Origin: Acidobacteriota bacterium
Lineage (GTDB): Bacteria; Acidobacteriota; UBA6911; RPQK01; JAJDTT01
Direction of reading: 5' to 3'
DNA: 64,000 bases
Assembly: GCA_965209055.1 (NCBI GenBank)
Contig: OZ242374.1
Location: 3,744,001 to 3,808,000, forward strand
Shown: piece after piece, positions 30,052 through 39,589 of the stretch
Position numbering within the stretch: the stretch's first letter is position 1
How the letters are laid out: each line of letters opens with the position of its first letter
Notes under the pieces: generated by a model
What the model saw: the letters and a program-made list of their open reading frames with translations, nothing else
What the model was told of the DNA's origin: nothing
Databases searched by the model: none
Program-made: the position numbers and the translations under genes

Positions 30052-30399
30052 ATGTCGAAGCAGATTCTGGAGACCTTTCCGAACCAATATCCGGGCCGGG
30101 AGTACCAGGTCAACATCGAATGCCCCGAGTTCACGTCGTTGTGCCCCAAGACGGGACAGCCGGACTTCGGGACCATTCGGATCCGGTACGTTCCGGATCA
30201 ACACATCATCGAATTGAAGGCCCTGAAGTTCTACCTGTTCTCTTATCGGAACCAGGGAATCTTCTATGAATCGGTGGTCAACAGGATCCTGGACGACCTG
30301 GTGGCCGCGTCCCGGCCGATTCGCTGCGAAGTGATCGGGGACTTTACCGTCCGGGGAGGCATCTCCACTTCGGTTCGAGCCGTTTACGAAGGGGAGTGA
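30052..30399 (+). CDS. queF: NADPH-dependent preQ0 reductase (type I)
   Basis: EFTSLCPKTGQPDF, ELKALK and RGGI. Confidence 0.95.
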   Translation: MSKQILETFPNQYPGREYQVNIECPEFTSLCPKTGQPDFGTIRIRYVPDQHIIELKALKFYLFSYRNQGIFYESVVNRILDDLVAASRPIRCEVIGDFTVRGGISTSVRAVYEGE

Positions 30400-30406
30400 G
30401 GCTTTG

Positions 30407-31411
30407 GTGGACCTGATCGAACTGACCCGGTCTCTGGTGAACATCCCTTCGGTGACGGGAGACGAAGGACCCGTCGGACGCTTCCTGCTGGAGTCCCTTC
30501 AGAACCGGGGATGGAACTGCCGGTCCCAGACCGTCACCGGGGACCGTATCAATGTGCTGGCCATCCGGGATGAGCCACGGATTCTGCTAACGACCCACAT
30601 GGATACGGTCCCTCCCTTCTTCGAGTTCCGCCAGGATGAGGAATTCATGTACGGGCGCGGCGTTTCGGATGCCAAAGGGCTCATCGCGGCCATGATCTGC
30701 GCCGCGGACGGACTCCTCCAGGAGGGCATCTCGGACGTGGGCCTTCTCTTCGTGGTGGGGGAGGAGACGGAAAGCGACGGCGCCTGGAAGGCCCGGGAGC
30801 TGGGTCTGCGTTGCGACTACATCATTGATGGCGAGCCCACCGACAACGAACTGGTGGTGGGACACAAGGGCATGGTCTACGCCGTCTTGAGCTGTGACGG
30901 GGTCACGGCCCATTCCGCCTATCCGGAGCAGGGCGTGTCGGCCATCGACAAGCTCGTCTCCCTGCTGGCCGGGTTGCAGACCCTGGAGTTCCCCTCCGAC
31001 GCCACACTCGGTGAGACCACCATCAACGTGGGGTTGATCCGGGGAGGCCATGCTCCGAACGTGATTCCCGATCTGGCCGAAGCCGAGATCCTTTTCCGGA
31101 CCGTAGCGGAAAGCGCGGCCTACGTGGACATCCTGAAGGAATGGGCTTCCGGGCGGGCGAATCTGGAGATCCGTGCGACCTCGGAACCTCAGGAAATGGC
31201 GTCCATCCCCGGGTTGCCCACGAAGGTCGTGGGGTACGGCACGGATGTGCCGGCTTTGAGGGCCCTGGGCCGCCCGTTACTGGTGGGGCCCGGGTCCATT
31301 CTGGTGGCCCACACGGCCGAAGAGAGGGTTTCCAAGGCCGAACTGGAGGCCGGCGTCCGCCTCTACCAGGACCTGGTGCGGAGACTCCGTGTCGAGGACC
31401 CCGGCTCGTGA
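30407..31411 (+). CDS. M20 family metallohydrolase (ArgE/DapE-like)
   Basis: THMDTVPP, GRGVSDAKG, VGEE, GEPT and AHTAEE. Confidence 0.9.
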   Translation: MDLIELTRSLVNIPSVTGDEGPVGRFLLESLQNRGWNCRSQTVTGDRINVLAIRDEPRILLTTHMDTVPPFFEFRQDEEFMYGRGVSDAKGLIAAMICAADGLLQEGISDVGLLFVVGEETESDGAWKARELGLRCDYIIDGEPTDNELVVGHKGMVYAVLSCDGVTAHSAYPEQGVSAIDKLVSLLAGLQTLEFPSDATLGETTINVGLIRGGHAPNVIPDLAEAEILFRTVAESAAYVDILKEWASGRANLEIRATSEPQEMASIPGLPTKVVGYGTDVPALRALGRPLLVGPGSILVAHTAEERVSKAELEAGVRLYQDLVRRLRVEDPGS

Positions 31412-31430
31412 CGCGGCCGTGTCCCGCGGT

Positions 31431-32306
31431 TCAGTACGCTGCGCGCTGAATATAGTCGGAGAAGTCCCGAAAGTTGGGGATGTACTCGTCGTAGGAAAGG
31501 TCCTTCCGGGATCTGGGCGTCGAAAAACCCGGACCCAACAGAAGGACCGGAATACGATAGCGATCACAGGCTTGGTTCAGCACCCGGAACCGGTCTTTCA
31601 AATTGGCGCTCAGTCCTTTCCGGGCCAGGACGCAGGCCATGTTCACCGGCTGCTCCTCCACGATTTCGGCCATCGCCTCGAAGGGAACCCTGCTGCCAAG
31701 ATTCAGGGCGTCCCATCCTTCTTCGTTCAAGGCCCGGGAGATTCCGTTGACGAGATGGCTGCAGTAGGCGGCAGGCGCCGCGCAGAGGCCGGTCTTGCCC
31801 AGAGGTCTGCGGCGGACCACACCTGGAAAGAAATAGTACAAGGCCTCTTCGAGATTCTTTTCCACCAGCCGAGCCTGACCCAACCGCATGGAATTGGAGG
31901 AATGGTTTCCGTGGGAACGCATGAATATGGGGGTCAGCACCTCGTCGTAGAGGTCTGCCACGCTCAATCCACGAATGTAGAGCCGCTCCAGCAAATCCTT
32001 GATCGAAGCGCACTGGTTCTCCGATGCCAGATAGAGGATCAACTCTCTCACCCGTGACCAGTTCCTCTGGTTGATGAAGGTTTCCAATCGGGGGTCCTCC
32101 CAATCGGTGGAGGTCAGCAGACCGGTTCCCTCGAATCGGTGGCGAGCCTGAAAGTCCTGGATATGCCGGAGCTGGAACCTGCGATGGCCGCCGGGAGTCC
32201 GATGGCATTGAAGCTTCCCGGTATCGGTCCACCGTTTGATGGTCGATTCGCTCAGGTTCCAGAGTTGGGCAAGTTCTCGCGTGGAGTAGATTCGTTTCCT
32301 GACCAT
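31431..32306 (-). CDS. Excisionase/MerR-type HTH regulator with degenerate B12-binding-like domains
   Basis: YSTRELAQLW…STIKRW…RTPGGHRRF; C-terminal Rossmann-like GWDALNLGSRVP. Confidence 0.75.
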   Translation of the reverse strand: MVRKRIYSTRELAQLWNLSESTIKRWTDTGKLQCHRTPGGHRRFQLRHIQDFQARHRFEGTGLLTSTDWEDPRLETFINQRNWSRVRELILYLASENQCASIKDLLERLYIRGLSVADLYDEVLTPIFMRSHGNHSSNSMRLGQARLVEKNLEEALYYFFPGVVRRRPLGKTGLCAAPAAYCSHLVNGISRALNEEGWDALNLGSRVPFEAMAEIVEEQPVNMACVLARKGLSANLKDRFRVLNQACDRYRIPVLLLGPGFSTPRSRKDLSYDEYIPNFRDFSDYIQRAAY

Positions 32307-32510
32307 ATAGGGACGGACGAACCGGAAAAACGAGTGGCTGAGTTGGTCGACCAGAAACTCTGGGAGGGCAGACTAGAAGGTTTCCGCCAGAAAGTCAATT
32401 TGAGGAGTTCGGAATAAAACGGCAGGAAAAAACGGGAGATATCCGGCACGGCGAGGGGGTGGCCGGCGGCAGGTCGATGCCCGGGTAAAGGGTGCGATCA
32501 GCAGGGCGTT

Positions 32511-33371
32511 TCAGCGGCTTGCGTCTTCGCACAAGAGGTTGTCGATCAGCCGGACTCCGCCGACGCGGATGGCGGCGGCGGCCCGGGCCGGGCCGCGAAC
32601 CTCGGAAATGGGCTGCATGGTTTCCGGATCGACCATTTCCAGGTACTCGACCTCGACCAGGGGCTCCCGGCGCAAGAGCCGGAGTCCGCTTCGGCGGATC
32701 CGGCCGGCGTCCCGGGCTCCCTGGAGCACCATGGTCCGGATCTCCTTCAGGGCCCGGAAGAGAACGGCGGCCGCCCTTCGCTCTTGGGGACCAAGATGTT
32801 GGTTCCGGGAACTGATGGCCAAACCGTCGAAGTCTCGAACTGTCGGGACTTGGCGGATGCCTACCGGAAGGTTCAGGTCTTTCACCAGTTGCCGGACGAT
32901 CACCGTCTGTTGGGCGTCCTTCTCGCCGAAGTAGGCCCGGTCCGGTTGCAGGATGTTCAGGAGCTTCAGCACGATGGTGGCGACGCCGCGAAAATGTCCC
33001 GGGCGGAACCGGCCGCACAGGTGCGACGTCACGGTCTCGACCTCCACGAAAGTCCTGTGTGTGGCCGGATAGACTTCGTCGCGGCCGGGCTGAAAGACCA
33101 GATCGACTCCCAATTGCCGGCACATGGCGAGATCCGAATCCAGGTCCCTGGGATAGGTGTCGAAGTCTTCTTCCGGACCGAACTGGGTCGGATTCACGAA
33201 GATGCTCACGGCGAGCCAGTCGCATTCGCGCCGCGCCACCTGGATCAGCTTCCGATGTCCCTCGTGCAGAGCTCCCATGGTGGGAACGAAGCCGCTGGAC
33301 AATCCACCCCGACGGGCGGCTTCCATCGCCTCCCGTGCTCCGGCGATGGAGGTGGCCGCCACCAGGGCCAT
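32511..33371 (-). CDS. panC: Pantoate--beta-alanine ligase
   Basis: FVPTMGALHEGH, SIFVNPTQF, RPGHFRGV, FGEKDAQQ and RLIDN; TGATG overlap with panB. Confidence 0.96.
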   Translation of the reverse strand: MALVAATSIAGAREAMEAARRGGLSSGFVPTMGALHEGHRKLIQVARRECDWLAVSIFVNPTQFGPEEDFDTYPRDLDSDLAMCRQLGVDLVFQPGRDEVYPATHRTFVEVETVTSHLCGRFRPGHFRGVATIVLKLLNILQPDRAYFGEKDAQQTVIVRQLVKDLNLPVGIRQVPTVRDFDGLAISSRNQHLGPQERRAAAVLFRALKEIRTMVLQGARDAGRIRRSGLRLLRREPLVEVEYLEMVDPETMQPISEVRGPARAAAAIRVGGVRLIDNLLCEDASR

Positions 33372-34222
33372 CAGGATCTCTCTTTGACCAGCTCCGGCTC
33401 GCTGGAACGGAAGAAGTCTGTGGTTCTGGAAGCGGGGAAACGCCCGGTGCGGACGTCGTCGACGTAGGTTTCGGTGGCGTTCAGGATGGTGCTGCCCAGG
33501 GAGGCGTAACGTTTGACGAATGAAGGAACGAAGGAGTCGAAGAGGCCGAAGGCGTCGTAGCTCACCAGGATCTGACCGTCGCAATAGGGTCCGGCTCCGA
33601 TTCCGATGGTGGGTATCCGGAGCTGCGACGTCACTTCGAAAGCGACTTCGTCCGGAATGCATTCCAGGACCAGAGCGAAGACACCGGCATCCTCAAGGGC
33701 GTCGGCGTCGGCCAGCAGGCGTGCCACGCTCCCGCGGTCGCGAGCCTGCTGCCGGTGGCCGCCAAGCGCATGCACCTTCTGTGGGGTGAGACCCAGATGA
33801 CCCATGACTGGGATACCCACATCCACCAGGTGGCGAACCGACTTCACCACGGGTCCGGCCCCTTCCACCTTGACCGCGGAGACTCCACCTTCCTGCATGA
33901 GGCGCGCCGCATTGCGAAGCGCCTCGGATGCCGAAACCTGATACGTGGCAAAGGGCATGTCGGCAACCACCAATGCCCGCCGCGCTCCCCGGGTGACGGC
34001 CCGGCTGTGGTGCACCATCATGTCGAGGGTGACCGGTACCGTCGTGTCGCATCCCAGAATCACGGTGCCCAGAGAGTCGCCCACCAACAGAACGTCGATT
34101 CCGGCCCGGTCCAGCAGGGCGGCCATGGTAGCGTCATAGGCGGTGAGTGCGGCGATCTTCTCGCCACGGCGCTTCTTCTCTTCCAAGTCAGGCACTTTCA
34201 ATGCTTTACCGTGCTTTGGCAT
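33371..34222 (-). CDS. panB: 3-methyl-2-oxobutanoate hydroxymethyltransferase
   Basis: LTAYD, LVGDS, ADMPF, GHLGLTPQ and GIGAG..CDGQILV. Confidence 0.96.
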   Translation of the reverse strand: MPKHGKALKVPDLEEKKRRGEKIAALTAYDATMAALLDRAGIDVLLVGDSLGTVILGCDTTVPVTLDMMVHHSRAVTRGARRALVVADMPFATYQVSASEALRNAARLMQEGGVSAVKVEGAGPVVKSVRHLVDVGIPVMGHLGLTPQKVHALGGHRQQARDRGSVARLLADADALEDAGVFALVLECIPDEVAFEVTSQLRIPTIGIGAGPYCDGQILVSYDAFGLFDSFVPSFVKRYASLGSTILNATETYVDDVRTGRFPASRTTDFFRSSEPELVKERS

Positions 34223-34254
34223 GGAAGAACTCCTTCCCGGGAGGACTTCCGACT

Positions 34255-35988
34255 CTAGCGGAATCGGAGTTCGGGAGCAAGCAGCCACGCACCGGGGGAT
34301 TCCAGCTGCCGGATCAGGGTCAGCGTCCACCGGTTCACTGGGGAGGCCGGCATGGAGGAGCGAACACCGGACACCAGGTCACCACTGAGGGCCGCCTCCC
34401 ACCAGGACTTGCGTTTCGGATACAAATCCAGTTCCAGCGGGGTGTCCTCATCCAGGGACATGGCCCGCTTCAGTTCCAGGATGGCCGCATCGAACCCACC
34501 CAGAGAATCGACCAGTCCCAGATCCTTGGCCTGAGCTCCGGTGTAGATGCGTCCCCGGGCCTTCTCCTCCAAGTCCTGAAACTCCATCTGTCTCGAGTCC
34601 GCCGCCTTCGTCACGAACTTCTGGTACAGGTCCGCGATCCAGTCTTCCACCCGCTTTCTCTGTTCGGACCCCAGGGATCGACTGAACGAAAAGATATCGG
34701 CGTGGGGGTAGTTCTTGACCTGATCGACGCTGATGCCCATCCACTGGTACAGGTTGGTCAGGTCGAACTTGCCGAAGATCACTCCGATGGAACCGGTGAT
34801 GGTCGAAGGCTGGGAAACGATATGGCCGGCCCCCATGGAGATGTAGTACCCGCCCGAACCGGCGACGCCCGACATGGAGACGACAACGGGCTTGCCCTCC
34901 TGCTCCAGCTTCCGGACCTCCTCCCAGACCATGTCCGAGCCCACTGCCGATCCTCCCGGGCTGTTGACTCTCAGAATGACTCCTTCGATCCGGTCGTTCT
35001 GACGCAGTTTCCGAAGCTGGCGGGCGAGGCCGACGCCGCTCAGAACCTCCGTCATGGGATCACCCTTCCCGACCATGATGGCCCCGACGCCGGGCAGGAC
35101 GGCGGCCCGGTGCTGAGCCGGAGCCTCGGAACCGCCACGCGCGGCCTTCAGAAACCTGGCGCCGGAAATCGACCGGTACTCGCTGTCCTCGCCATCGCCG
35201 GCCAGCAATTCCTCTACTTGGTGGCGGTATCCCGTCTGGTCGATGAGACCCAGTTCCAGGCCCTGATCCGCGGAAGCCACACCCAGCTTCATGAAGTCCT
35301 CGAGGACGCCTTCTTCCAGGTTCCTGTCCTGGGTAACCGTGCTGATGAACCTCCCTTCGAGGTCGGCGACGATCGTCTCCAGCATCTCCCGGACCGGCGG
35401 ACTCAGGCTGTCCCGGCTATAGGATTCGGCGCTCTTGTACTCCTTGAACTGGATGAACTCGGGGCGGATCCCCAGCTTCTCCATAGTCCCCTTGAAGAAG
35501 GTCTGCTCCACCAACAGGCCGTTGACCAGGAACCCGGCATCGGGATTCAGGGTCACGCTGTCCGTGGCCGATGCCAGGTACAACTCCGCCTCCCCGACCA
35601 GGTCGACGGCCAGCAGCGAGTGAACCGGTTTGCCAGACTCGCGGAAGACCTTGATCTGGCCCCGAAGTTCCTCGATCTGGGCCCAGCTCCACCCCAGCGG
35701 ATGGATCTCCAGGAGTATCGCCTTGATGCGTTCGTCTTCCGCCGCCCGGCGAAACACCTGGCGCAGTTGCCAGAGGCTGGTCCCTTGCTGGGAGAAAATC
35801 TGAAGGAATGGATTGTTCGAAGGAAACTCCCGGATCTGTTGGGAAACCACGATCTCCACGACCGAGTCGTTCTCAACCTTGGGCACCGAGCCGCGGAGGC
35901 CGTAGTACAGGCCCAGCGAGACGGCGGCGGCCCCCGCGAAGATAATGATCAGAACGATTGAAAGAATCCACGTTTTTCTCTTGCTCAT
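34255..35988 (-). CDS. sppA: Signal peptide peptidase A (67K type)
   Basis: N-terminal TM; EYKSA, LRVNSPGGSA, VSMSGVAGSGGYYI and TGSIGV. Confidence 0.93.
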   Translation of the reverse strand: MSKRKTWILSIVLIIIFAGAAAVSLGLYYGLRGSVPKVENDSVVEIVVSQQIREFPSNNPFLQIFSQQGTSLWQLRQVFRRAAEDERIKAILLEIHPLGWSWAQIEELRGQIKVFRESGKPVHSLLAVDLVGEAELYLASATDSVTLNPDAGFLVNGLLVEQTFFKGTMEKLGIRPEFIQFKEYKSAESYSRDSLSPPVREMLETIVADLEGRFISTVTQDRNLEEGVLEDFMKLGVASADQGLELGLIDQTGYRHQVEELLAGDGEDSEYRSISGARFLKAARGGSEAPAQHRAAVLPGVGAIMVGKGDPMTEVLSGVGLARQLRKLRQNDRIEGVILRVNSPGGSAVGSDMVWEEVRKLEQEGKPVVVSMSGVAGSGGYYISMGAGHIVSQPSTITGSIGVIFGKFDLTNLYQWMGISVDQVKNYPHADIFSFSRSLGSEQRKRVEDWIADLYQKFVTKAADSRQMEFQDLEEKARGRIYTGAQAKDLGLVDSLGGFDAAILELKRAMSLDEDTPLELDLYPKRKSWWEAALSGDLVSGVRSSMPASPVNRWTLTLIRQLESPGAWLLAPELRFR

Positions 35989-36079
35989 TGACCCTCTCCC
36001 AGAGATGATTTTACGTTGAATCGCGGTCGGCGTGCCAGCCGTGCCGACCGCTCGTATCAAATTCCAAAAGGAGGATCCT

Positions 36080-36964
36080 ATGGCGAACAAGCCATCCGTC
36101 GGTTTCATCGGGCTCGGAATCATGGGGCTTCCCATGGCGGGACACATCTTGAAGTCCGGATATCCCCTCACGGTCTACAACCGCACCCGGTCCAAGACCG
36201 GGTCGTTGGAAGCGGCGGGAGCCGCGGTGGCCGCTTCTCCTCGAGAGGTGGCCGCGAATTCCCGGATGATCATCACCATGGTCTCCGACTCGCCGGATGT
36301 GGAGGCGGTGGTCGCCGGCCCCGAGGGCGTTCTGGAGGGGATTCGGCCGGGTTCGGTGGTCATGGACATGAGCACCATCTCCCCTCAGGTCGAACGGGAG
36401 CTGGACGAGCAACTTCGATCAAAGGGATGCGCCCTGGTGGACGCACCCGTGTCGGGGGGCGACGTGGGGGCGCAGAATGCCACCTTGGCCATCATGGCCG
36501 GCGGAGACCGCGAGGCGTTCGACCGGGCAGTCCCCATTTTCGAGACCATGGGCAAGACCATTACCTACTGCGGGCCCGTGGGGAGCGGGCAGCTGACCAA
36601 GTTGTGCAATCAGATTCTGGTGGCCGTCACCCTCATGGGGGTCAGTGAAGCTCTGGTCTTTGCCGGGAAGAACGGCTTGGACCAGGGGGTGATGATCGAA
36701 GCCGTCAAGGGAGGCGCCGCCGGCAGCTGGCAGTTGAGCAATCTGGCTCCCCGCGTCGTGAATCGCGACTTCGCGCCCGGTTTCATGGTGGACCTCATCC
36801 AGAAGGACCTGCGACTGGTGATGGAGAGTGGCGCTGCCGCTCAGGCCGCCCTTCCGGCGTCGTCCCTGGTCAACCAACTGTTCCGCACCTCTCAGGCCCG
36901 GGGGGAAGGCCTCGAGGGAACCCAGGCTCTGGTCAAGGTCCTGGAGCAATTGGCGGGACTATAG
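36080..36964 (+). CDS. beta-hydroxyacid dehydrogenase (3-hydroxyisobutyrate dehydrogenase/tartronate semialdehyde reductase family)
   Basis: GFIGLGIMG, DAPVSGG, KLCNQ and KDL; AGGAGG RBS. Confidence 0.92.
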   Translation: MANKPSVGFIGLGIMGLPMAGHILKSGYPLTVYNRTRSKTGSLEAAGAAVAASPREVAANSRMIITMVSDSPDVEAVVAGPEGVLEGIRPGSVVMDMSTISPQVERELDEQLRSKGCALVDAPVSGGDVGAQNATLAIMAGGDREAFDRAVPIFETMGKTITYCGPVGSGQLTKLCNQILVAVTLMGVSEALVFAGKNGLDQGVMIEAVKGGAAGSWQLSNLAPRVVNRDFAPGFMVDLIQKDLRLVMESGAAAQAALPASSLVNQLFRTSQARGEGLEGTQALVKVLEQLAGL

Positions 36965-36979
36965 GATTTTCGCGGATCG

Positions 36980-37699
36980 TTATTCGGCTGTCGGCGGAAT
37001 CGCCGCCGTTCGCCGGTAGTATTGGGCCATCCTGCGAGGAGACACGCCCAGGAGATGGGCGGTCACCATGACCTGATTGAGCAGCGTCGTTCTCACGACG
37101 CCCAGACGTTCCCATCGCCTCGCCGAGGTGACGACAGCTTCCGGCGCCAGTATGACGCGGCCTCTTCGGGTCAGCCTCCGGACCAGGTCGTAGTCCTCCA
37201 TGAAGGGGAGGTCCGCATAGCCTCCCAATTCGAAAAAGAGCCGGGACTGTACAAAAAGGCCCTGGTCTCCATAGGGGAGTTGGAGCCACCGGGATCTCCA
37301 GTTGGCTCCCGTCTCGATCCAGCGGAGACTCCTCCGGCGACTCTCGATACCCAACCGAAAGGCCCCCGCCACCACGCCGGGTGGCGCCAGCAGGCGTCGC
37401 ACCAAGCCGGCATACCTCGAAGGAAGAACCGTGTCCGCATGCAGGAAGACCAGAATAACTCCGCTGGACGCCCGGGCTCCCGCGTTCATCTGGCCGGCTC
37501 GACCTGCAGGGACCGACAGCGTCATGGCGCCTTCCCGGCGGGCCACCTGAAGTGTCTCATCCCGGCTGCCCCCGTCGACGACGATGACCTCGACGCCCGG
37601 CTCTTGGGCCGCGCTGGCGATGGACCTTGCGATCCCTTCCGCTTCATTGAGCGCAGGGATGATCACCGAGATCTGGGGCCTGGGTTTTCCTGCCGCCAT
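36980..37699 (-). CDS. GT2 glycosyltransferase (TIGR04283-like)
   Basis: SVIIPALNE, VDGGS, RAGQMNAGA, FLHADT, PYGDQ, MED and TSARRW. Confidence 0.88.
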   Translation of the reverse strand: MAAGKPRPQISVIIPALNEAEGIARSIASAAQEPGVEVIVVDGGSRDETLQVARREGAMTLSVPAGRAGQMNAGARASSGVILVFLHADTVLPSRYAGLVRRLLAPPGVVAGAFRLGIESRRRSLRWIETGANWRSRWLQLPYGDQGLFVQSRLFFELGGYADLPFMEDYDLVRRLTRRGRVILAPEAVVTSARRWERLGVVRTTLLNQVMVTAHLLGVSPRRMAQYYRRTAAIPPTAE

Positions 37700-38112
37700 C
37701 AATTCCTGTCCGATTCCGAACGGCGGCTCCGAGGCCAAAGAGCCCAGAGCAGACACGCCCACCCGGCCAGCAGAAGCGTTCCCCCGACGGGAGTCAGCAT
37801 CACCCAGGCGAGCGCTGCGGTCAGGCTGTAGGCGTAGAGCGTTCCGGAGAAGAGGATCGCTCCGGTGCAGAACCCCCATCCGGCCAGGACTCCGCACCGC
37901 GGTTCCAGGCGGCCGGACAAGGCGCCCAGCAGGAGTAGTGCCAGAGCGTGGACCATGAGGTAGCGGGTGGCCAATTCGAAGATCTCCAACATGTCGGCGG
38001 AAAGCTTCGCTTCCAGGACATGCGACCCGAAGGCGCCCGCCGCCACGCTCACGAGACCGAAAAACGCGCCCAGAGCAGGGAAGAACCGGAGGCTCGAATG
38101 AGATGACCGCAT
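37699..38112 (-). CDS. DUF423-family small membrane protein
   Basis: GAFGSH, RYLMVHALAL, LFSGTLY and TPVGG…GW. Confidence 0.88.
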   Translation of the reverse strand: MRSSHSSLRFFPALGAFFGLVSVAAGAFGSHVLEAKLSADMLEIFELATRYLMVHALALLLLGALSGRLEPRCGVLAGWGFCTGAILFSGTLYAYSLTAALAWVMLTPVGGTLLLAGWACLLWALWPRSRRSESDRN

Positions 38113-38158
38113 CGGTTCATTTTACCCGCGCCTCTTCCGGGGCGATAGCTCCGGGTGC

Positions 38159-38243
38159 CGGCGGTTTCCAACCGCCGAACTCCGGACAGCGCTGGGGGAA
38201 TGAGCACGCGGGCACGGAGGAACAGGCGACTGGTTGCTCCTCC
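38159..38243. repeat. Degenerate REPIN-like element
   Basis: CGGCGGTTTCCAACCGCCGAACTCCGG nearly matches 14091-14118; decayed partner GGCGACTGGTTGCTCCTCC. Confidence 0.6.
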
Positions 38244-38372
38244 AGGTTTTCTGCGGGGTGTGCAATGGGTGGCACTTTTGCGTCTCCAGCCCTGTGGTAG
38301 ACTACACGTTCTTTACCGGCACTCTGTTGAGCGATGTCGCCCCCCAATCCTTCCGCTCCCGGCGCTCACGAC

Positions 38373-39575
38373 ATGGAGATCGTCAACCAGAGTTTCACCC
38401 TGGATTTCGACTACCCGGTGATCTTCACGGAGGGTGTCTTCGATCCGGGGAATCCGGTCTTCTCGCGGGTGGTGAACCGTCTCGAATCGGACCGGCGCCA
38501 CCGCCTCTTCCTGGTGATGGACGAGAACGTCTCCCGCGCTCATCCTCAATTGCGCGCCCGTATTGCCGCTTACGCCGAATCCCGTCCTCAGGAACTGGAA
38601 CTGGTTTGCGCGCCCGTGGAGGTGCCCGGGGGCGAGGCCGTCAAGGCGGATCTCCGCCATGTCCTGACCCTGGTGGAGAAGATGAACCGGCTGGGCCTGG
38701 ACCGCCAGTCCTTCATGGTGATCGTGGGCGGGGGTGCGGTCCTGGATGCCGCGGGATTTGCCGCGTCCATCTGTCACCGGGGGGTCCGGGTCATCCGTGT
38801 CCCCAGCACCGTCCTCGCCCAGAGCGATTCCGGAGTGGGGGTCAAGAACGGGGTCAATCTCTTCGGCAAGAAGAACTTTCTGGGCGCCTTCAGCCCCCCC
38901 TTCGCGGTCGTCAACGACCGTTCCCTGATCGAGACCCTGGAGCATCGAGACAAGATCGCCGGCATCGCCGAGGCCGTGAAGGTGGCGCTGATCCGGGACC
39001 GGCCCCTTTTCGAGTATCTGGAGAAGAACGCCCCGGAACTCTCACGGGGAGAGGGGGAACCTCTGCACTATCAGATTCGGCGCTCCGCGGAGCTCCACCT
39101 GGAGCACATTCGCAGTTCCGGCGATCCCTTCGAGTTCGGCAGTGCGAGGCCGCTGGATTTCGGACACTGGTCCGCCCACAAGCTGGAGTCCATGACCGAA
39201 AACCGGCTCCGGCACGGAGAGGCGGTCGCCATCGGAATGGCCGTCGACCTGGCCTACTCGGTCCGGGCGGGGTTCCTGAAGCGGGAGGTCCTGAATCGAG
39301 TCCTTTCCTTGCTCCGAGACCTGGGCCTGCCGGTCTGGGACGAGGCCCTCTCCATGAATCGGAGCGGGGAGAGGGTGGTCCTGGAAGGACTGGCCGAATT
39401 TCGGGAACACCTGGGCGGAACGCTCCACGTCAGCCTGATTCGGGACATCGGCGACAGCTTCGAGGTGACGGAAATGGACGACGGGCTCCTGCTCGATTCC
39501 ATGGAATGGCTCCGGCGCTCTTTCGGAAAGGCCGGCGCCGGTGTGGTCGAGACTGAAACGCCCCAGGCCGGGTGA
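38373..39575 (+). CDS. 3-dehydroquinate-synthase-like sugar-phosphate cyclase (EboD-like)
   Basis: GGEAVK, GGGAVLD, DSGVGVKNG, RPLDFGHWSAHKLE and HGEAV; lies next to eboE; alternative start 38334. Confidence 0.88.
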   Translation: MEIVNQSFTLDFDYPVIFTEGVFDPGNPVFSRVVNRLESDRRHRLFLVMDENVSRAHPQLRARIAAYAESRPQELELVCAPVEVPGGEAVKADLRHVLTLVEKMNRLGLDRQSFMVIVGGGAVLDAAGFAASICHRGVRVIRVPSTVLAQSDSGVGVKNGVNLFGKKNFLGAFSPPFAVVNDRSLIETLEHRDKIAGIAEAVKVALIRDRPLFEYLEKNAPELSRGEGEPLHYQIRRSAELHLEHIRSSGDPFEFGSARPLDFGHWSAHKLESMTENRLRHGEAVAIGMAVDLAYSVRAGFLKREVLNRVLSLLRDLGLPVWDEALSMNRSGERVVLEGLAEFREHLGGTLHVSLIRDIGDSFEVTEMDDGLLLDSMEWLRRSFGKAGAGVVETETPQAG

Positions 39576-39589
39576 CGCAACGAGGCACG

